DNA from: Nitrospinales bacterium
Lineage (GTDB): Bacteria > Nitrospinota > Nitrospinia > Nitrospinales > JAJDAT01
NCBI GenBank assembly: GCA_046757665.1
Contig: JBHHYO010000025.1
Span: forward strand, 1-31,961
Direction of reading: 5' to 3'
Length of the DNA stretch: 31,961 bases
Positions 1 to 8,829 of this stretch are shown here, one piece after another. Made by a program: the position numbers and the translations under genes. A model generated the notes under the pieces. That model searched no databases. It saw only the letters and a program-made list of their open reading frames with translations, and was not told the DNA's origin. Within the stretch, counting starts at the first letter, position 1. Each line of letters opens with the position of its first letter.

Positions 1-67
1 GTGAGATGTGCCGACCTGTATCAAACGATTAATCAAGGTCAAGCGCAATCGGGCGTACGGCGGGTGT

Positions 68-119
68 GGGCGGCTCAGTCAGGTCATGGTTCGACAGGCT
101 CACCATGACAAGGGCGGGC
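68..119. repeat. REP-like palindromic element, copy 1 (core GTCATGGT-TCGACAGGCTC-ACCATGAC at 83-109)
   Basis: 8-bp perfect inverted arms at 83-90 and 102-109. The reverse complement, including flanks (gcccgccc / ctgactga), matches 31788-31869. It overlaps the 3' end of the peroxidase gene. Confidence 0.8.
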
Positions 120-683
120 GAGTTCCTGGTCGATTTGCCGGGTCAGGCGCGGGTCGAGGGGGTCCATCTGGGCGGCGAAGTGGGCGGCGGGGTGGCCGTC
201 GCGGCCGATCAGGAACTTGTGGAAATTCCACTGCACGGCGTTTTTTGCCGTAGGCCGCCGCATCCCCTTCAGAAAATAAATCACCGGCTTGAACCGGTCG
301 AACAGGATCGACAACAAGTCGCCGGGCGCGGTCAGGGGCAGGCCTGCGTCCTGAAGAAAACGGTACAGGGGGTGGGCGGCGCCACCAAGGATTTTGACCT
401 TGGCGAACAGGGGGAACTCGACGCCGAAGCGGGTGGCGCAAAAGTCCTTGATTTCCGCCTCGCCGCCCGGCTCCTGTGCGCCGAAATCGTTGCAGGGAAA
501 CGCCAGGATTTCCAGTCCCGCGTCGCGGTACTTTTCGCGGAGCGTTTGCAGTCCGCGGTACTGGGGCGTGAACCCGCAACGCGAGGCGACGTTGACGATC
601 AGCAGGACTTTGCCGCGGTAGGCCGACAAATCCGTTGCCTGTCCCCGGATGGTGCGGAGCGGAATCGAATAGATGGTTCTCAT
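84..683 (-). CDS. Glutathione peroxidase family protein (Cys-type, BtuE/Gpo-like, probably thioredoxin-dependent)
   Basis: Motifs NVASRCGFTPQY, LAFPCNDFGAQEPG, FC (candidate resolving Cys) and WNFHKFL. Confidence 0.95.
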   Translation of the reverse strand: MRTIYSIPLRTIRGQATDLSAYRGKVLLIVNVASRCGFTPQYRGLQTLREKYRDAGLEILAFPCNDFGAQEPGGEAEIKDFCATRFGVEFPLFAKVKILGGAAHPLYRFLQDAGLPLTAPGDLLSILFDRFKPVIYFLKGMRRPTAKNAVQWNFHKFLIGRDGHPAAHFAAQMDPLDPRLTRQIDQELARPCHGEPVEP

Positions 684-794
684 GGCCGGATGGGGGTTGA
701 GTTTTCTTTGCGGACGGTGTGCATCCGTGGTTTAATTGAATCGTTCCCTTTTTGCCGATTCGGTGTGTGTTTCATGAGTCCGGTTTTTTGACTG

Positions 795-1421
795 ATGTTG
801 ATATTCCAGAAAAACATTTACGAAAAAACCGATATAGCCGTCAACCCTTCGGGAGACGCGGTTCATTTTATCCCTGAATACCATCTGTCGTTCGACGCGC
901 GCCATTTTATCGAGGCCGCGCTCCAGGATGAGGAAAGCCTGATCGAAACGTTGCGCAAGCAACCCGGCAATTTCCTCCATGAGGAAACGTGCCGGTTTTT
1001 CCCCAACGCCTACAAGATCGGCGGGCTGGAGGTGATCGGCGCCCTCCTGCGTATTTTGCAACAGGGATTGGTTTGCGAGTCGGGCTGGTACCACATGAAC
1101 ACGTATCATTTCTGCGTGTTGTACGATGTGTTGTACCGGTACGCCTACAACTACAACCGCGACAGCCTGGCGGAAAGGCGCAAGGCGCTTCCCAGTCTCA
1201 AGGGAGCATCACTGCCGTTCGACCTGTTCGTCAAGGATTATTTTTTCAACACGGTTTTTTTGCTGGACAAGGATGTCTACAATTCCCTGACGGCGGAGGA
1301 GAAACGCCAAAGGGGTTTCACCTGTCCCTGCCAGTTCGCGGTGATCAACGGCCTGGCGCCGACGCGGGAGGAAATGGAATTGCAGAAGTCGCGGGACTAT
1401 CCGTACACGCTTTACGTTTGA
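795..1421 (+). CDS. Hypothetical protein (208 aa)
   Basis: ATG-started ORF with a protein-like, aromatic-rich composition. It fills the space between the peroxidase gene and the HD gene. No family recognised; C-terminal CPC motif. Confidence 0.8.
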   Translation: MLIFQKNIYEKTDIAVNPSGDAVHFIPEYHLSFDARHFIEAALQDEESLIETLRKQPGNFLHEETCRFFPNAYKIGGLEVIGALLRILQQGLVCESGWYHMNTYHFCVLYDVLYRYAYNYNRDSLAERRKALPSLKGASLPFDLFVKDYFFNTVFLLDKDVYNSLTAEEKRQRGFTCPCQFAVINGLAPTREEMELQKSRDYPYTLYV

Positions 1422-1999
1422 CCTTGGCCGCCTTCCGGTTCTTGTTGGTTAAAGCAACTTTGCACCAGCCGGGTGAGCCTGCCGTCGTCGAACGTGAAAG
1501 CGCGCAGGCGCAGGCGCATTTTTTGCGATAACCGGCGGTAACCCCAGAGACATCGTGCGCGGGTTTCCTCCCAGCCATGGCGCGCGAAGTAATGGGGCAG
1601 GTTGACGTCGAAATATGAAATGGCGTCGGCGTCCCGGAGCAGGTCGGACGGGGCGTCGCCGCCCACTTCATGAAGCGTGACCAGCCGGCAGGCTTCCTCG
1701 GCAATGGTACGGGGGACGCGGCAGTGGTTCAGGATTTCCCGGAGGATTTTCGCTCCGTTGCGGGCGTGGGCGGCCTTGAAGGCATCGTAATCCGCGAAGT
1801 CGCCGCGTTGCACCTTCCGCGCCTCGACGGCCCGGTCGATGTCATGGGCGAGCGCCGCCAGGCGCAACGCCGGGCCGGCGGTGGGGGCCAGTTTCAGCAA
1901 CCACTCGAGCGTGTTCTCGGCATGACGCGGGTCTTCGGGAACCCGGGAGCCCGCGATCACTTTCCTGATCTTACGTTTGGCGGATTCGACGGGGTTCAT
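1412..1999 (-). CDS. HD-domain / DUF4202-like protein (putative metal-dependent phosphohydrolase)
   Basis: RHA...LAALAHDIDR...HA...HE...DAD pattern of the HD superfamily. ATG at 1999 is preceded by GGAAG; alternative GTG start at 2008. Confidence 0.8.
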   Translation of the reverse strand: MNPVESAKRKIRKVIAGSRVPEDPRHAENTLEWLLKLAPTAGPALRLAALAHDIDRAVEARKVQRGDFADYDAFKAAHARNGAKILREILNHCRVPRTIAEEACRLVTLHEVGGDAPSDLLRDADAISYFDVNLPHYFARHGWEETRARCLWGYRRLSQKMRLRLRAFTFDDGRLTRLVQSCFNQQEPEGGQGQT

Positions 2000-3311
2000 G
2001 GCTTCCACAAATGATGATCCGGCGCAGGGTTTCGGCGTTCATCAGCAAGGCGATCACCGCCAGCGTCCAATACGCCTGGTTCACGAGGCAACCGAGGAAG
2101 ATCAAGAAGACGCGGCTGTCGCGGCCCAGGCGGAACGGATTGCTGTCGTGGAGGCGGCGGAGCATGAGGCTGTCGTATTTGTCCGCCGTGTAGCTCAACA
2201 GAAAGGAACCTGTGACGGCCATGAACCCCGTCCACAAAACGAGGCCGGAGGGCTGTTCCGCATAGGCGTGCCAGAGCAGGCCGAACAACAGAAAAGCGTC
2301 GGCATAGCGGTCCAATACGGCGTCGAACCAGCCGCCGTAATCGCTGGTTTGGTATTTGAGCCGCGCCACTTCGCCGTCGCAACCGTCGATGATCGAGGCG
2401 AACTGGGCGAGGATGCCGCCCAGCAGTAACAGGGGGTACCCGCCGCAGACAAACAGGCCGCCCGCCAGGGCGCCGCAGAGAAACGCAAACATCGAGATTT
2501 GGTTGGGGCTGATCCGGTAATTTGCCAGGTGGCGGGTGATTCTGACGGACAGGGGCCGGTTCAGCCGGCGCGCCACGGGGCCGTCGTTGGTTTTGTCGCG
2601 CAGGCGGGCCAGCAGTATGTTTTCCGCCTGCCGTGAGGAGCCGGGACCGTCCAGGATTGCCCAGTCGAGGCCGGTCACATCCACTGCCTGCAACCGCTGT
2701 TGGGAACAGAGAGCCGCCGCCAGTTGGGACCAAACGGTTTGCCGTGCTTGCCGCCCGGCATCGTTTTCCAGAGCGTCAAAAGCGCCGGGGGTGCAGAGCC
2801 AGACTCCGGTGTCGCGTCCGTTGAAATCCTTCGACCCGCCGCCGATGTTCCGTACCCGGTCGTCCTCGGTTTTGAGAAGGTCGTCGGGGTGCGCCCCGGC
2901 GGGGTCGTCAATCCGGGCATCGACGGCCAGCGCGGCCTCGCCATCGCGCAGGGAAACTTGCATCAGCTTGCGGGCGATGGCGGAGTCGAAGATGCGGTCC
3001 GGTCTCAGGAGCAGGAACGGTTTCTGAAAGCGTTTGCCGATAGTCACCGCCGGAGATGCGTTTTTTGCGCCGTCTTCATGGGTGACGAGGGTGATGGGAA
3101 CGTCCAGCCGGCGGCTCAAGCCGTCCAGGAAACCCCGGACAGGGCCGTTTGGGTTGTCCACGCTTACATAAAACTCGTCCGCCCCGGCTTCCAGGGTGGT
3201 GCGAATGATTCGTTCGAGTACAGGCAAGCCTAAAAGCGGAGCGAGGAGAGCGTTATCATTCCTCGACCATTGCCGGCTGTCCTTCTTCCCAGCCATGATG
3301 AGACATTTCAT
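1971..3311 (-). CDS. Fusion of a nucleotidyltransferase-like domain and a CDP-alcohol phosphotransferase (IPCT/DIPPS-like)
   Basis: The C-terminal membrane domain has the full CDP-AP signature DGCDGEVAR...[13 protein letters not shown], plus [13 protein letters not shown] and SPNQIS. The N-terminal domain begins MKCLIMAG and retains DTGVWLC. It lies directly downstream of ino1. Confidence 0.9.
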   Translation of the reverse strand: MKCLIMAGKKDSRQWSRNDNALLAPLLGLPVLERIIRTTLEAGADEFYVSVDNPNGPVRGFLDGLSRRLDVPITLVTHEDGAKNASPAVTIGKRFQKPFLLLRPDRIFDSAIARKLMQVSLRDGEAALAVDARIDDPAGAHPDDLLKTEDDRVRNIGGGSKDFNGRDTGVWLCTPGAFDALENDAGRQARQTVWSQLAAALCSQQRLQAVDVTGLDWAILDGPGSSRQAENILLARLRDKTNDGPVARRLNRPLSVRITRHLANYRISPNQISMFAFLCGALAGGLFVCGGYPLLLLGGILAQFASIIDGCDGEVARLKYQTSDYGGWFDAVLDRYADAFLLFGLLWHAYAEQPSGLVLWTGFMAVTGSFLLSYTADKYDSLMLRRLHDSNPFRLGRDSRVFLIFLGCLVNQAYWTLAVIALLMNAETLRRIIICGSHEPRRIRQT

Positions 3312-4440
3312 GCTGTACACTCTCGGATGGATTGATAAAGGCTTCGGTCAAGCGATGAGCTTCCGCATCGGGAAACTGGCGCGGCGGATGCTTGCAAAAA
3401 TAAGAAGAAGGGGCGAACAACACGCCGCCCTCGCCGCGCTCCAGGGCCAGCTTCGCGCAACGAATGGCGTCGATAGTCACCCCCGCCGAGTTCGGCGAGT
3501 CTTCCACGGAGAGGCGCAACTCGATGTTCATGGGGACGTCGCCGAACAATTTGCCTTCCATTCGCAGAAAGCAGACCTTGTTGTCGTTTTGCCAGGGAAC
3601 GTAATCGCTGGGGCCGATATGGATGTTTTCCGCGTCGAGGCGTTTGGCGGCGACGGACTGCACGGCCTCGGTTTTGGATTTTTTCTTCGACAGCAGGCGA
3701 TGGCGGTTGAGCATGTTGAGGAAATCGGTGTTGCCGCCGGTGTTCAATTGGTAAGTCCGCTCCAGCTTGACCCCCCGCTTGTGGAACAGGTCGGTCAGGA
3801 CGCGGTGGGTGATGGTGGCTCCCACCTGGGACTTGATGTCGTCGCCGATGAGCGGGATGTTTTTTTCCTGGAACTTCCTGGCCCACTCCGGGTCGCTGGC
3901 AATAAATACGGGTATGTTGTTGATGAACGCCACCCCGGCGTCCAGGGCGCATTCGGCATAAAATCGGGTGGCTTTTTCCGAGCCGACGGGCAGATAATTC
4001 AACAAAATTTCCGCTCCGGATTCGCGGAGCGCGGCGACCACGTCCTCGCGGGAGGGCTGGGGTTCGTCGGCGAGCAGGAAGGTTCTTTTATCGTCATAAT
4101 CTTTCATGTGCGGCGAGAATCCGTCCAGGACCCGGCCCATCCGCACTTTTACCCCGAAACGGGGAACATCCTGGCAAAAAACCGTGGTGCAGTTGGGCTT
4201 GGTGAAAATGGCTTCGCTGACATCCTGACCCACTTTTCTCCGGTCGATGTCGAAGGCTGTAACCACCTCGTGGTCTCCGGGACGGTATCCGCCGATTTCC
4301 CAATGCATCAGGCCGATGACATCTTCCGGATTTTTTGTCTTGTAATAATGAATCCCCTGTACCAGGGAACTGGCGCAGTTTCCCACGCCGATGATGGCGA
4401 TTTTAATTTTTTTCCCAGAAAAGGTTCGGCTTTTGTTCAT
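3256..4440 (-). CDS. ino1: myo-inositol-1-phosphate synthase
   Basis: [57 protein letters not shown] and EDSPNSAG. Confidence 0.97.
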   Translation of the reverse strand: MNKSRTFSGKKIKIAIIGVGNCASSLVQGIHYYKTKNPEDVIGLMHWEIGGYRPGDHEVVTAFDIDRRKVGQDVSEAIFTKPNCTTVFCQDVPRFGVKVRMGRVLDGFSPHMKDYDDKRTFLLADEPQPSREDVVAALRESGAEILLNYLPVGSEKATRFYAECALDAGVAFINNIPVFIASDPEWARKFQEKNIPLIGDDIKSQVGATITHRVLTDLFHKRGVKLERTYQLNTGGNTDFLNMLNRHRLLSKKKSKTEAVQSVAAKRLDAENIHIGPSDYVPWQNDNKVCFLRMEGKLFGDVPMNIELRLSVEDSPNSAGVTIDAIRCAKLALERGEGGVLFAPSSYFCKHPPRQFPDAEAHRLTEAFINPSESVQHEMSHHGWEEGQPAMVEE

Positions 4441-4765
4441 GGGCGATTTCCTCAGGTGAAATTGAAAAGATGATGTACTGCATAAAGTTCAACCTTCCAT
4501 CGCGGTTGAGACGCAACTCAGCCCAGGGAGGCCAATCCTTTTTCAGGACAGCTATGAGTTTGGCAAAAGTGGCCGGTTCTATCTCAACAAGCCGACATGG
4601 AATTCAACAGTGCGCCGAAAAAGCTTTTGTGGCGCCCTTGCGAGGCGCCCGAGCGGCCGAAGAGTCGGCTCAAGAAGGAAATGGGTTTTTTGTTGGACCT
4701 GCCTTAAAGATCCAAAATTACGGGAACCCAATTTTTCAGGCATCTGTTTTGAGTGGATGTCTAAA
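4441..4765 (-). promoter_or_regulatory. Long (about 320 nt) structured 5' leader of the ino1 operon; candidate cis-regulatory RNA
   Basis: Lies between a strong promoter match and the ino1 start. Contains a hairpin at 4700-4742, a GCAA-tetraloop hairpin at 4631-4649 and an 8-bp long-range helix (4664-4671 with 4589-4596). Confidence 0.45.
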
Positions 4766-4768
4766 GAA

Positions 4769-4797
4769 ACATTACTCCGGCTGGCCCCGATTGTCAA
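4769..4797 (-). promoter_or_regulatory. sigma70-type promoter facing ino1
   Basis: The minus strand reads TTGACA-17 nt-TAATGT: perfect -35, optimal spacer, TAnnnT -10. Confidence 0.7.
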
Positions 4798-4925
4798 GAA
4801 GCTCGGTGGGATTTTTGTCCGGGACCGGGGGTCGATCGTCGGTCATATTTCCGTTCCGTCGACGGGCCGTGGTGATAGAATAGCGTTGGATTGTCAGTGA
4901 ACCTATCGTTAAAAAGGAGTCCGCC

Positions 4926-6488
4926 ATGCGCAAGATAGCCACCGCGGGGGAAATGCAGGCCATTGACCGGTTCACCATTGAGGACTGCGGCATTCCCGGC
5001 CTGGCGCTCATGGAAAATGCGGGTATCCGGGTTGCCGATATGGTGTGGGCCAGGTTTGCGGGGCAGGGTGGGGCGTCCTTGCCCGGCAAGGTTCTGGTTT
5101 TTGCCGGCAAGGGGAATAATGGGGGCGACGGGTTCGTCGTCGCCCGCCACCTGTTCAACCGGGGCGCGGACGTTCAGGTGTTCCTGCTGGGCAAGCGGGC
5201 GGGGCTGAAACAAGACGCGAAGACCAATGCCGACAGCGCGTTTCGCATTGGCGTACCGATCAAGGAGATCAACGAGAAAACTCTCAAATCCTGCGACCAC
5301 CCCCTGCGGCATTGCCGGATCGTCATCGACGCGATTTTCGGCACGGGGCTTACATCGGCGGTCGGCGGGCTTTACGAGAAGGTCATCAAAAAAATCAACT
5401 CCGCCGGGAAGTACGTGGTGTCTATCGACATGCCGTCCGGTATTGAGTCCGATGGAGGCGGGATTATCGGCCCACACGTCGCCGCCGACCTGACGGTTGC
5501 CCTGGGTTTGATGAAGCGCAGTCACCTGCTGTTTCCCGCCGCCGAGGCCATGGGCGAGGTGCGGGTGGCGGATATCGGCCTGCCGGCCAGGGCGGTGGAC
5601 CGCCAGCCCGTCGGCGTGTATCTTGTTGAAGAGGCGGACATCCGTCGCTGTTTTCCCAAAAGGCCAGCCGATTCGCACAAGGGCCATTACGGCCATGTGC
5701 TGGTTATTGGCGGGTCGCGGGGCAAAGGCGGGGCCGCCGGGCTCGCCGCCGTCGCGGCTTTGCGGGCGGGCGCCGGACTGGTCAGCCTTGCTTTGCCCGA
5801 AAACTGCCACCGGTCGCTGGAATTCAACCCTTTGGAAGTTATGTCGATTCCTCTTCCGGAAACCGCCGGGGGCGCTATCGACTGCTCCGCCGGGGAAATT
5901 ATCCTCAAACACTGCCGGGGAAAAACCGCCGTGGTGATTGGCCCGGGAATTTCCACCGGCAAGGAAACGGTTCAATTGCTGGAGGAAGTTCTGCCGCGCA
6001 TCGAGTGCCCGCTGGTTGTCGATGCCGACGGGTTAAACGGCATTGCCTTGTCGAAGGGGCTGATTTCCCGACTGCCGCCCCACACGGTACTGACCCCCCA
6101 TCCCAAGGAGATGGCCCGGATTTGCGGCAAGGAGACCCGGGAGATACTGCAAAATCGCATCGAAGCCGCCCGCGAACCGGCGACGAAAAACTTGCTTTGC
6201 GTTGTACTGAAAGGCGCCCGGACACTCATCGCCGTGCCCGACGGAACGGTTTACGTCAATCCCACCGGCAATCCCGGCATGGCGACGGCGGGCTCCGGGG
6301 ATGTGCTCGCGGGTCTGGTCGCGGGTCTCGCGGCCCAGGGACTGGATCCGAAATCGGCCTGTATTTCAGCGGTTTATCTGCACGGCCTGGCCGGTGACAT
6401 GTTCGCCGCGGAAAGCAGTCAAACCAGCTTGATCGCCGGCGACCTGCTAAGGTGTTTGCCTGAAGCCATGAAACGCATCCTGCCTTGA
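4926..6488 (+). CDS. nnr: Bifunctional NAD(P)H-hydrate epimerase/dehydratase (YjeF)
   Basis: LMENAG, GKGNNGGDG, DAIFGTG, DMPSG, HKGHYG, TPHPKEM and GMATAGSGDVLAG; RBS AAGGAG. Confidence 0.97.
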   Translation: MRKIATAGEMQAIDRFTIEDCGIPGLALMENAGIRVADMVWARFAGQGGASLPGKVLVFAGKGNNGGDGFVVARHLFNRGADVQVFLLGKRAGLKQDAKTNADSAFRIGVPIKEINEKTLKSCDHPLRHCRIVIDAIFGTGLTSAVGGLYEKVIKKINSAGKYVVSIDMPSGIESDGGGIIGPHVAADLTVALGLMKRSHLLFPAAEAMGEVRVADIGLPARAVDRQPVGVYLVEEADIRRCFPKRPADSHKGHYGHVLVIGGSRGKGGAAGLAAVAALRAGAGLVSLALPENCHRSLEFNPLEVMSIPLPETAGGAIDCSAGEIILKHCRGKTAVVIGPGISTGKETVQLLEEVLPRIECPLVVDADGLNGIALSKGLISRLPPHTVLTPHPKEMARICGKETREILQNRIEAAREPATKNLLCVVLKGARTLIAVPDGTVYVNPTGNPGMATAGSGDVLAGLVAGLAAQGLDPKSACISAVYLHGLAGDMFAAESSQTSLIAGDLLRCLPEAMKRILP

Positions 6489-6490
6489 CC

Positions 6491-6976
6491 ATGGAAATTG
6501 CCAGCAACAGCCGCGAGGAGACACTGCGTCTTGGCGAAACGATCGGGGCGGAGTTAAAACCCGGCGATATCGTGCTGTTGTTTGGCGACCTGGGCTCGGG
6601 GAAGACCACCTTGACTCAGGGGATCAGCAATGGGCTGGGCCTCAAAAAGGGGGAATACATTCGCAGTCCGACCTTCACGATCATCAATGAGTATGAGGGC
6701 CGCTGTCCGATTTACCACATGGACCTTTTCCGGGTTGAGACCTTCGCCGAGGCGCAAAACCTGGGTTTGGAGGAGTATTTTTTTGGCGTTGGTGTCGTTG
6801 TCGTGGAATGGGCGGAGAAGTTGTTTGCCGGGAAAAATCCTGAAAAATCAATCGGCTTTGGAATAGAATCGCGGGTGGAAATCCGCATTTCCATGTCCGG
6901 GGACGATCGGCGTTTTTTTGATATTCGATGCGTGAACAGGGAGGATGGGGGTTCCCTGCTTTTTGCTTTACAATGA
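6491..6976 (+). CDS. tsaE: tRNA threonylcarbamoyladenosine biosynthesis ATPase TsaE (YjeE)
   Basis: GDLGSGKTT, SPTF, HMDLFR and VEW; classic position after nnr. Confidence 0.96.
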   Translation: MEIASNSREETLRLGETIGAELKPGDIVLLFGDLGSGKTTLTQGISNGLGLKKGEYIRSPTFTIINEYEGRCPIYHMDLFRVETFAEAQNLGLEEYFFGVGVVVVEWAEKLFAGKNPEKSIGFGIESRVEIRISMSGDDRRFFDIRCVNREDGGSLLFALQ

Positions 6977-7032
6977 TTAGGCCTTATGGCATGATCGGGA
7001 TTTAGGTATGGCATTTGCATGGGGGCCATCCG

Positions 7033-7461
7033 GTGTTCACTCTGGCGCGAAGATTATTGCTTTTTATGGCCTTGAGTCTAATTGCCGTTTCGGGGTATTA
7101 CCTTTACAGCGATTTTTCTCCGGCAAAATTGCCGGCAAAGATCCTCCCCGCCGACTCGCTGGCCGATGTGGAGATTAAAAAATTCAAGGTGGTGCACGAA
7201 AATCTGGGTCGAAAAGATTGGGAATTGAAGGCCGACCACGCCGAAATCAATCATCAGAAGAACGTCACCCATCTGAGAAATGTAGAGGTTGAGTTTTTTA
7301 TGGAGAACGACCAGCAGTTCCGGGTTTCGGCCGATACGGGGGTGCTGAAAAATAATACGAAAGCCTTTGAATTGGAAGGCAATGTCAGGTTGATTGCGGA
7401 GCAGAGCCTTGTTTTCGGGGAAACCCGTGCCCGGCCAGTGGGGCAGACTGCTGACAATTAA
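7033..7461 (+). CDS. lptC: LPS export periplasmic protein LptC
   Basis: Single N-terminal TM helix followed by a beta-rich domain (WELKADHA, LEGNV); upstream of lptA and lptB. GTG start inferred. Confidence 0.85.
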   Translation: MFTLARRLLLFMALSLIAVSGYYLYSDFSPAKLPAKILPADSLADVEIKKFKVVHENLGRKDWELKADHAEINHQKNVTHLRNVEVEFFMENDQQFRVSADTGVLKNNTKAFELEGNVRLIAEQSLVFGETRARPVGQTADN

Positions 7462-7480
7462 CCGGAACATTTGGAGCGTC

Positions 7481-7990
7481 GTGAACAAAACCGGAATCGC
7501 AATCCTCACGCTGTTGGTTTTTCTGACGGGAGTGGCGCCGGAGTACGGCTATTCGGATGATTTGCTGTCCAAACGAGTCGCATCAAAGGACCAGCCCATT
7601 GAAATTACGTCGGACCGAATGCGCTCCGACGGTAGCGGTCAAAAGATTGTTTTTTCCGGCAAGGTGGAAGGCAAATGGGGGGATTTGACCATCCTTTCAG
7701 ACGTGCTGGAGGTTTATAATCCCGACGGCGACCGCAAAACCGACCGGATTGTGGCGATCGGCCATGTGATAATTACCCGCGGGCTCAAAAAGGCCCGTGG
7801 GGACAAAGCGGTGTATCTGGAAAAGAAGCAGAAGATTACCTTGACCGGCAATCCCAAAGCCACCGCATGGGAAGGCAAAAACGTGATCGAGGGAAAGGAA
7901 ATGATATTCCTGCTGGACACCGACCGTTTTGTGGTTAACGAGCGGGTGCGCATGAAAATCTACCCCAAGAAAGAGTCGAGCAAAAAGTAG
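7481..7990 (+). CDS. lptA: LPS transport periplasmic protein LptA
   Basis: Signal peptide; [20 protein letters not shown] and LTGNP OstA-like motifs. GTG start with GGAG RBS. Confidence 0.9.
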   Translation: MNKTGIAILTLLVFLTGVAPEYGYSDDLLSKRVASKDQPIEITSDRMRSDGSGQKIVFSGKVEGKWGDLTILSDVLEVYNPDGDRKTDRIVAIGHVIITRGLKKARGDKAVYLEKKQKITLTGNPKATAWEGKNVIEGKEMIFLLDTDRFVVNERVRMKIYPKKESSKK

Positions 7991-8088
7991 AAAAACCCAA
8001 ATTCGGGTTGTTGCCGATACGGCATTGTTTTTGCCCCAGGCAACGGGCCGGCATTCAAAAAGCGAAATCACATCCAAAAAAAATCGGC

Positions 8089-8811
8089 GTGAACAGGTTA
8101 CGAACGGAAAGCCTGGTTAAATCATACAGGAAACGCAAGGTTGTCGATCAGGTAAGCATCGAGGTACGCCGGGGAGAGATTGTCGGGCTTTTGGGGCCGA
8201 ATGGCGCCGGCAAAACCACGACCTTTTATATGGTTGTTGGTTTGACCCGCCCCGATCAGGGCCAGGTTCTGCTGGACGAGGAGAACATCACCAAATATCC
8301 GATGTATCTGCGGGCGCGCAAGGGGATCAGCTACCTGCCCCAGGAACCCTCGGTATTCAGAAAGCTGACGGTTGAGGAAAACATTTTAGCGGTACTGGAA
8401 AGCCGGAACAGCTCGGCTTTTGAACGGAAAAAACACGCCCGCTCGTTGTTGCGGGAATTGAACATTCTGCAAATAAAAAACGCCAAGGCATTTTCCCTGT
8501 CCGGAGGCGAACGCCGGCGCGTGGAAATCAGCCGCGCTCTGGCCACCTCGCCGGTTTTTATATTGCTCGACGAACCTTTTGCCGGGATCGATCCCATAGC
8601 CGTGGCGGATATTCAGGAAATTATTTCTCATCTTAAAAGCAAGGGCATCGGTGTGCTGATCACGGATCATAACGTCAGGGAAACCTTGAGCATCACCGAC
8701 AGGGCTTATATTATTCATGAGGGCCAGATCATTGCTTCCGGATCGCCGGGGCATGTGGCCGAGAATGAAAAGGTTAAGGAAATTTATCTGGGCGAGCGGT
8801 TTTCTTTGTAG
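8089..8811 (+). CDS. lptB: LPS export ABC transporter ATPase LptB
   Basis: [43 protein letters not shown] and [10 protein letters not shown]. Start inferred at GTG 8089. Confidence 0.97.
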   Translation: MNRLRTESLVKSYRKRKVVDQVSIEVRRGEIVGLLGPNGAGKTTTFYMVVGLTRPDQGQVLLDEENITKYPMYLRARKGISYLPQEPSVFRKLTVEENILAVLESRNSSAFERKKHARSLLRELNILQIKNAKAFSLSGGERRRVEISRALATSPVFILLDEPFAGIDPIAVADIQEIISHLKSKGIGVLITDHNVRETLSITDRAYIIHEGQIIASGSPGHVAENEKVKEIYLGERFSL

Positions 8812-8829
8812 CCAGAAGGGGCAACGGTT

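Noticed and set aside
3196-4473. 425-aa plus-strand ORF, and similar long ORFs at 4794-5975, 13185-14147, 25215-26534, 27698-28774 and 30209-31609
   Set aside because: These are antisense shadows of well-supported genes, expected from GC-rich codon bias, and carry no recognisable motifs.
4715-4740. GGGAACCCAATTTTT resembling part of the c-di-AMP (ydaO) riboswitch
   Set aside because: It is on the strand opposite ino1, and the other conserved blocks (GCTGAATC, GGGGTGAATC, GTCAGCTAAC) are absent.
4579-4797. 72-aa minus-strand ORF upstream of ino1
   Set aside because: Its TTG start is the -35 box itself, it has no RBS and no recognisable protein features. Only the internal ATG uORF is kept, as a possibility within the leader finding.
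6980-7020. sigma54 -24/-12 promoter candidates (TGGCA...TTGC) before lptC and near 28795-28810
   Set aside because: The GG-to-GC spacing does not fit the required 10-nt separation.
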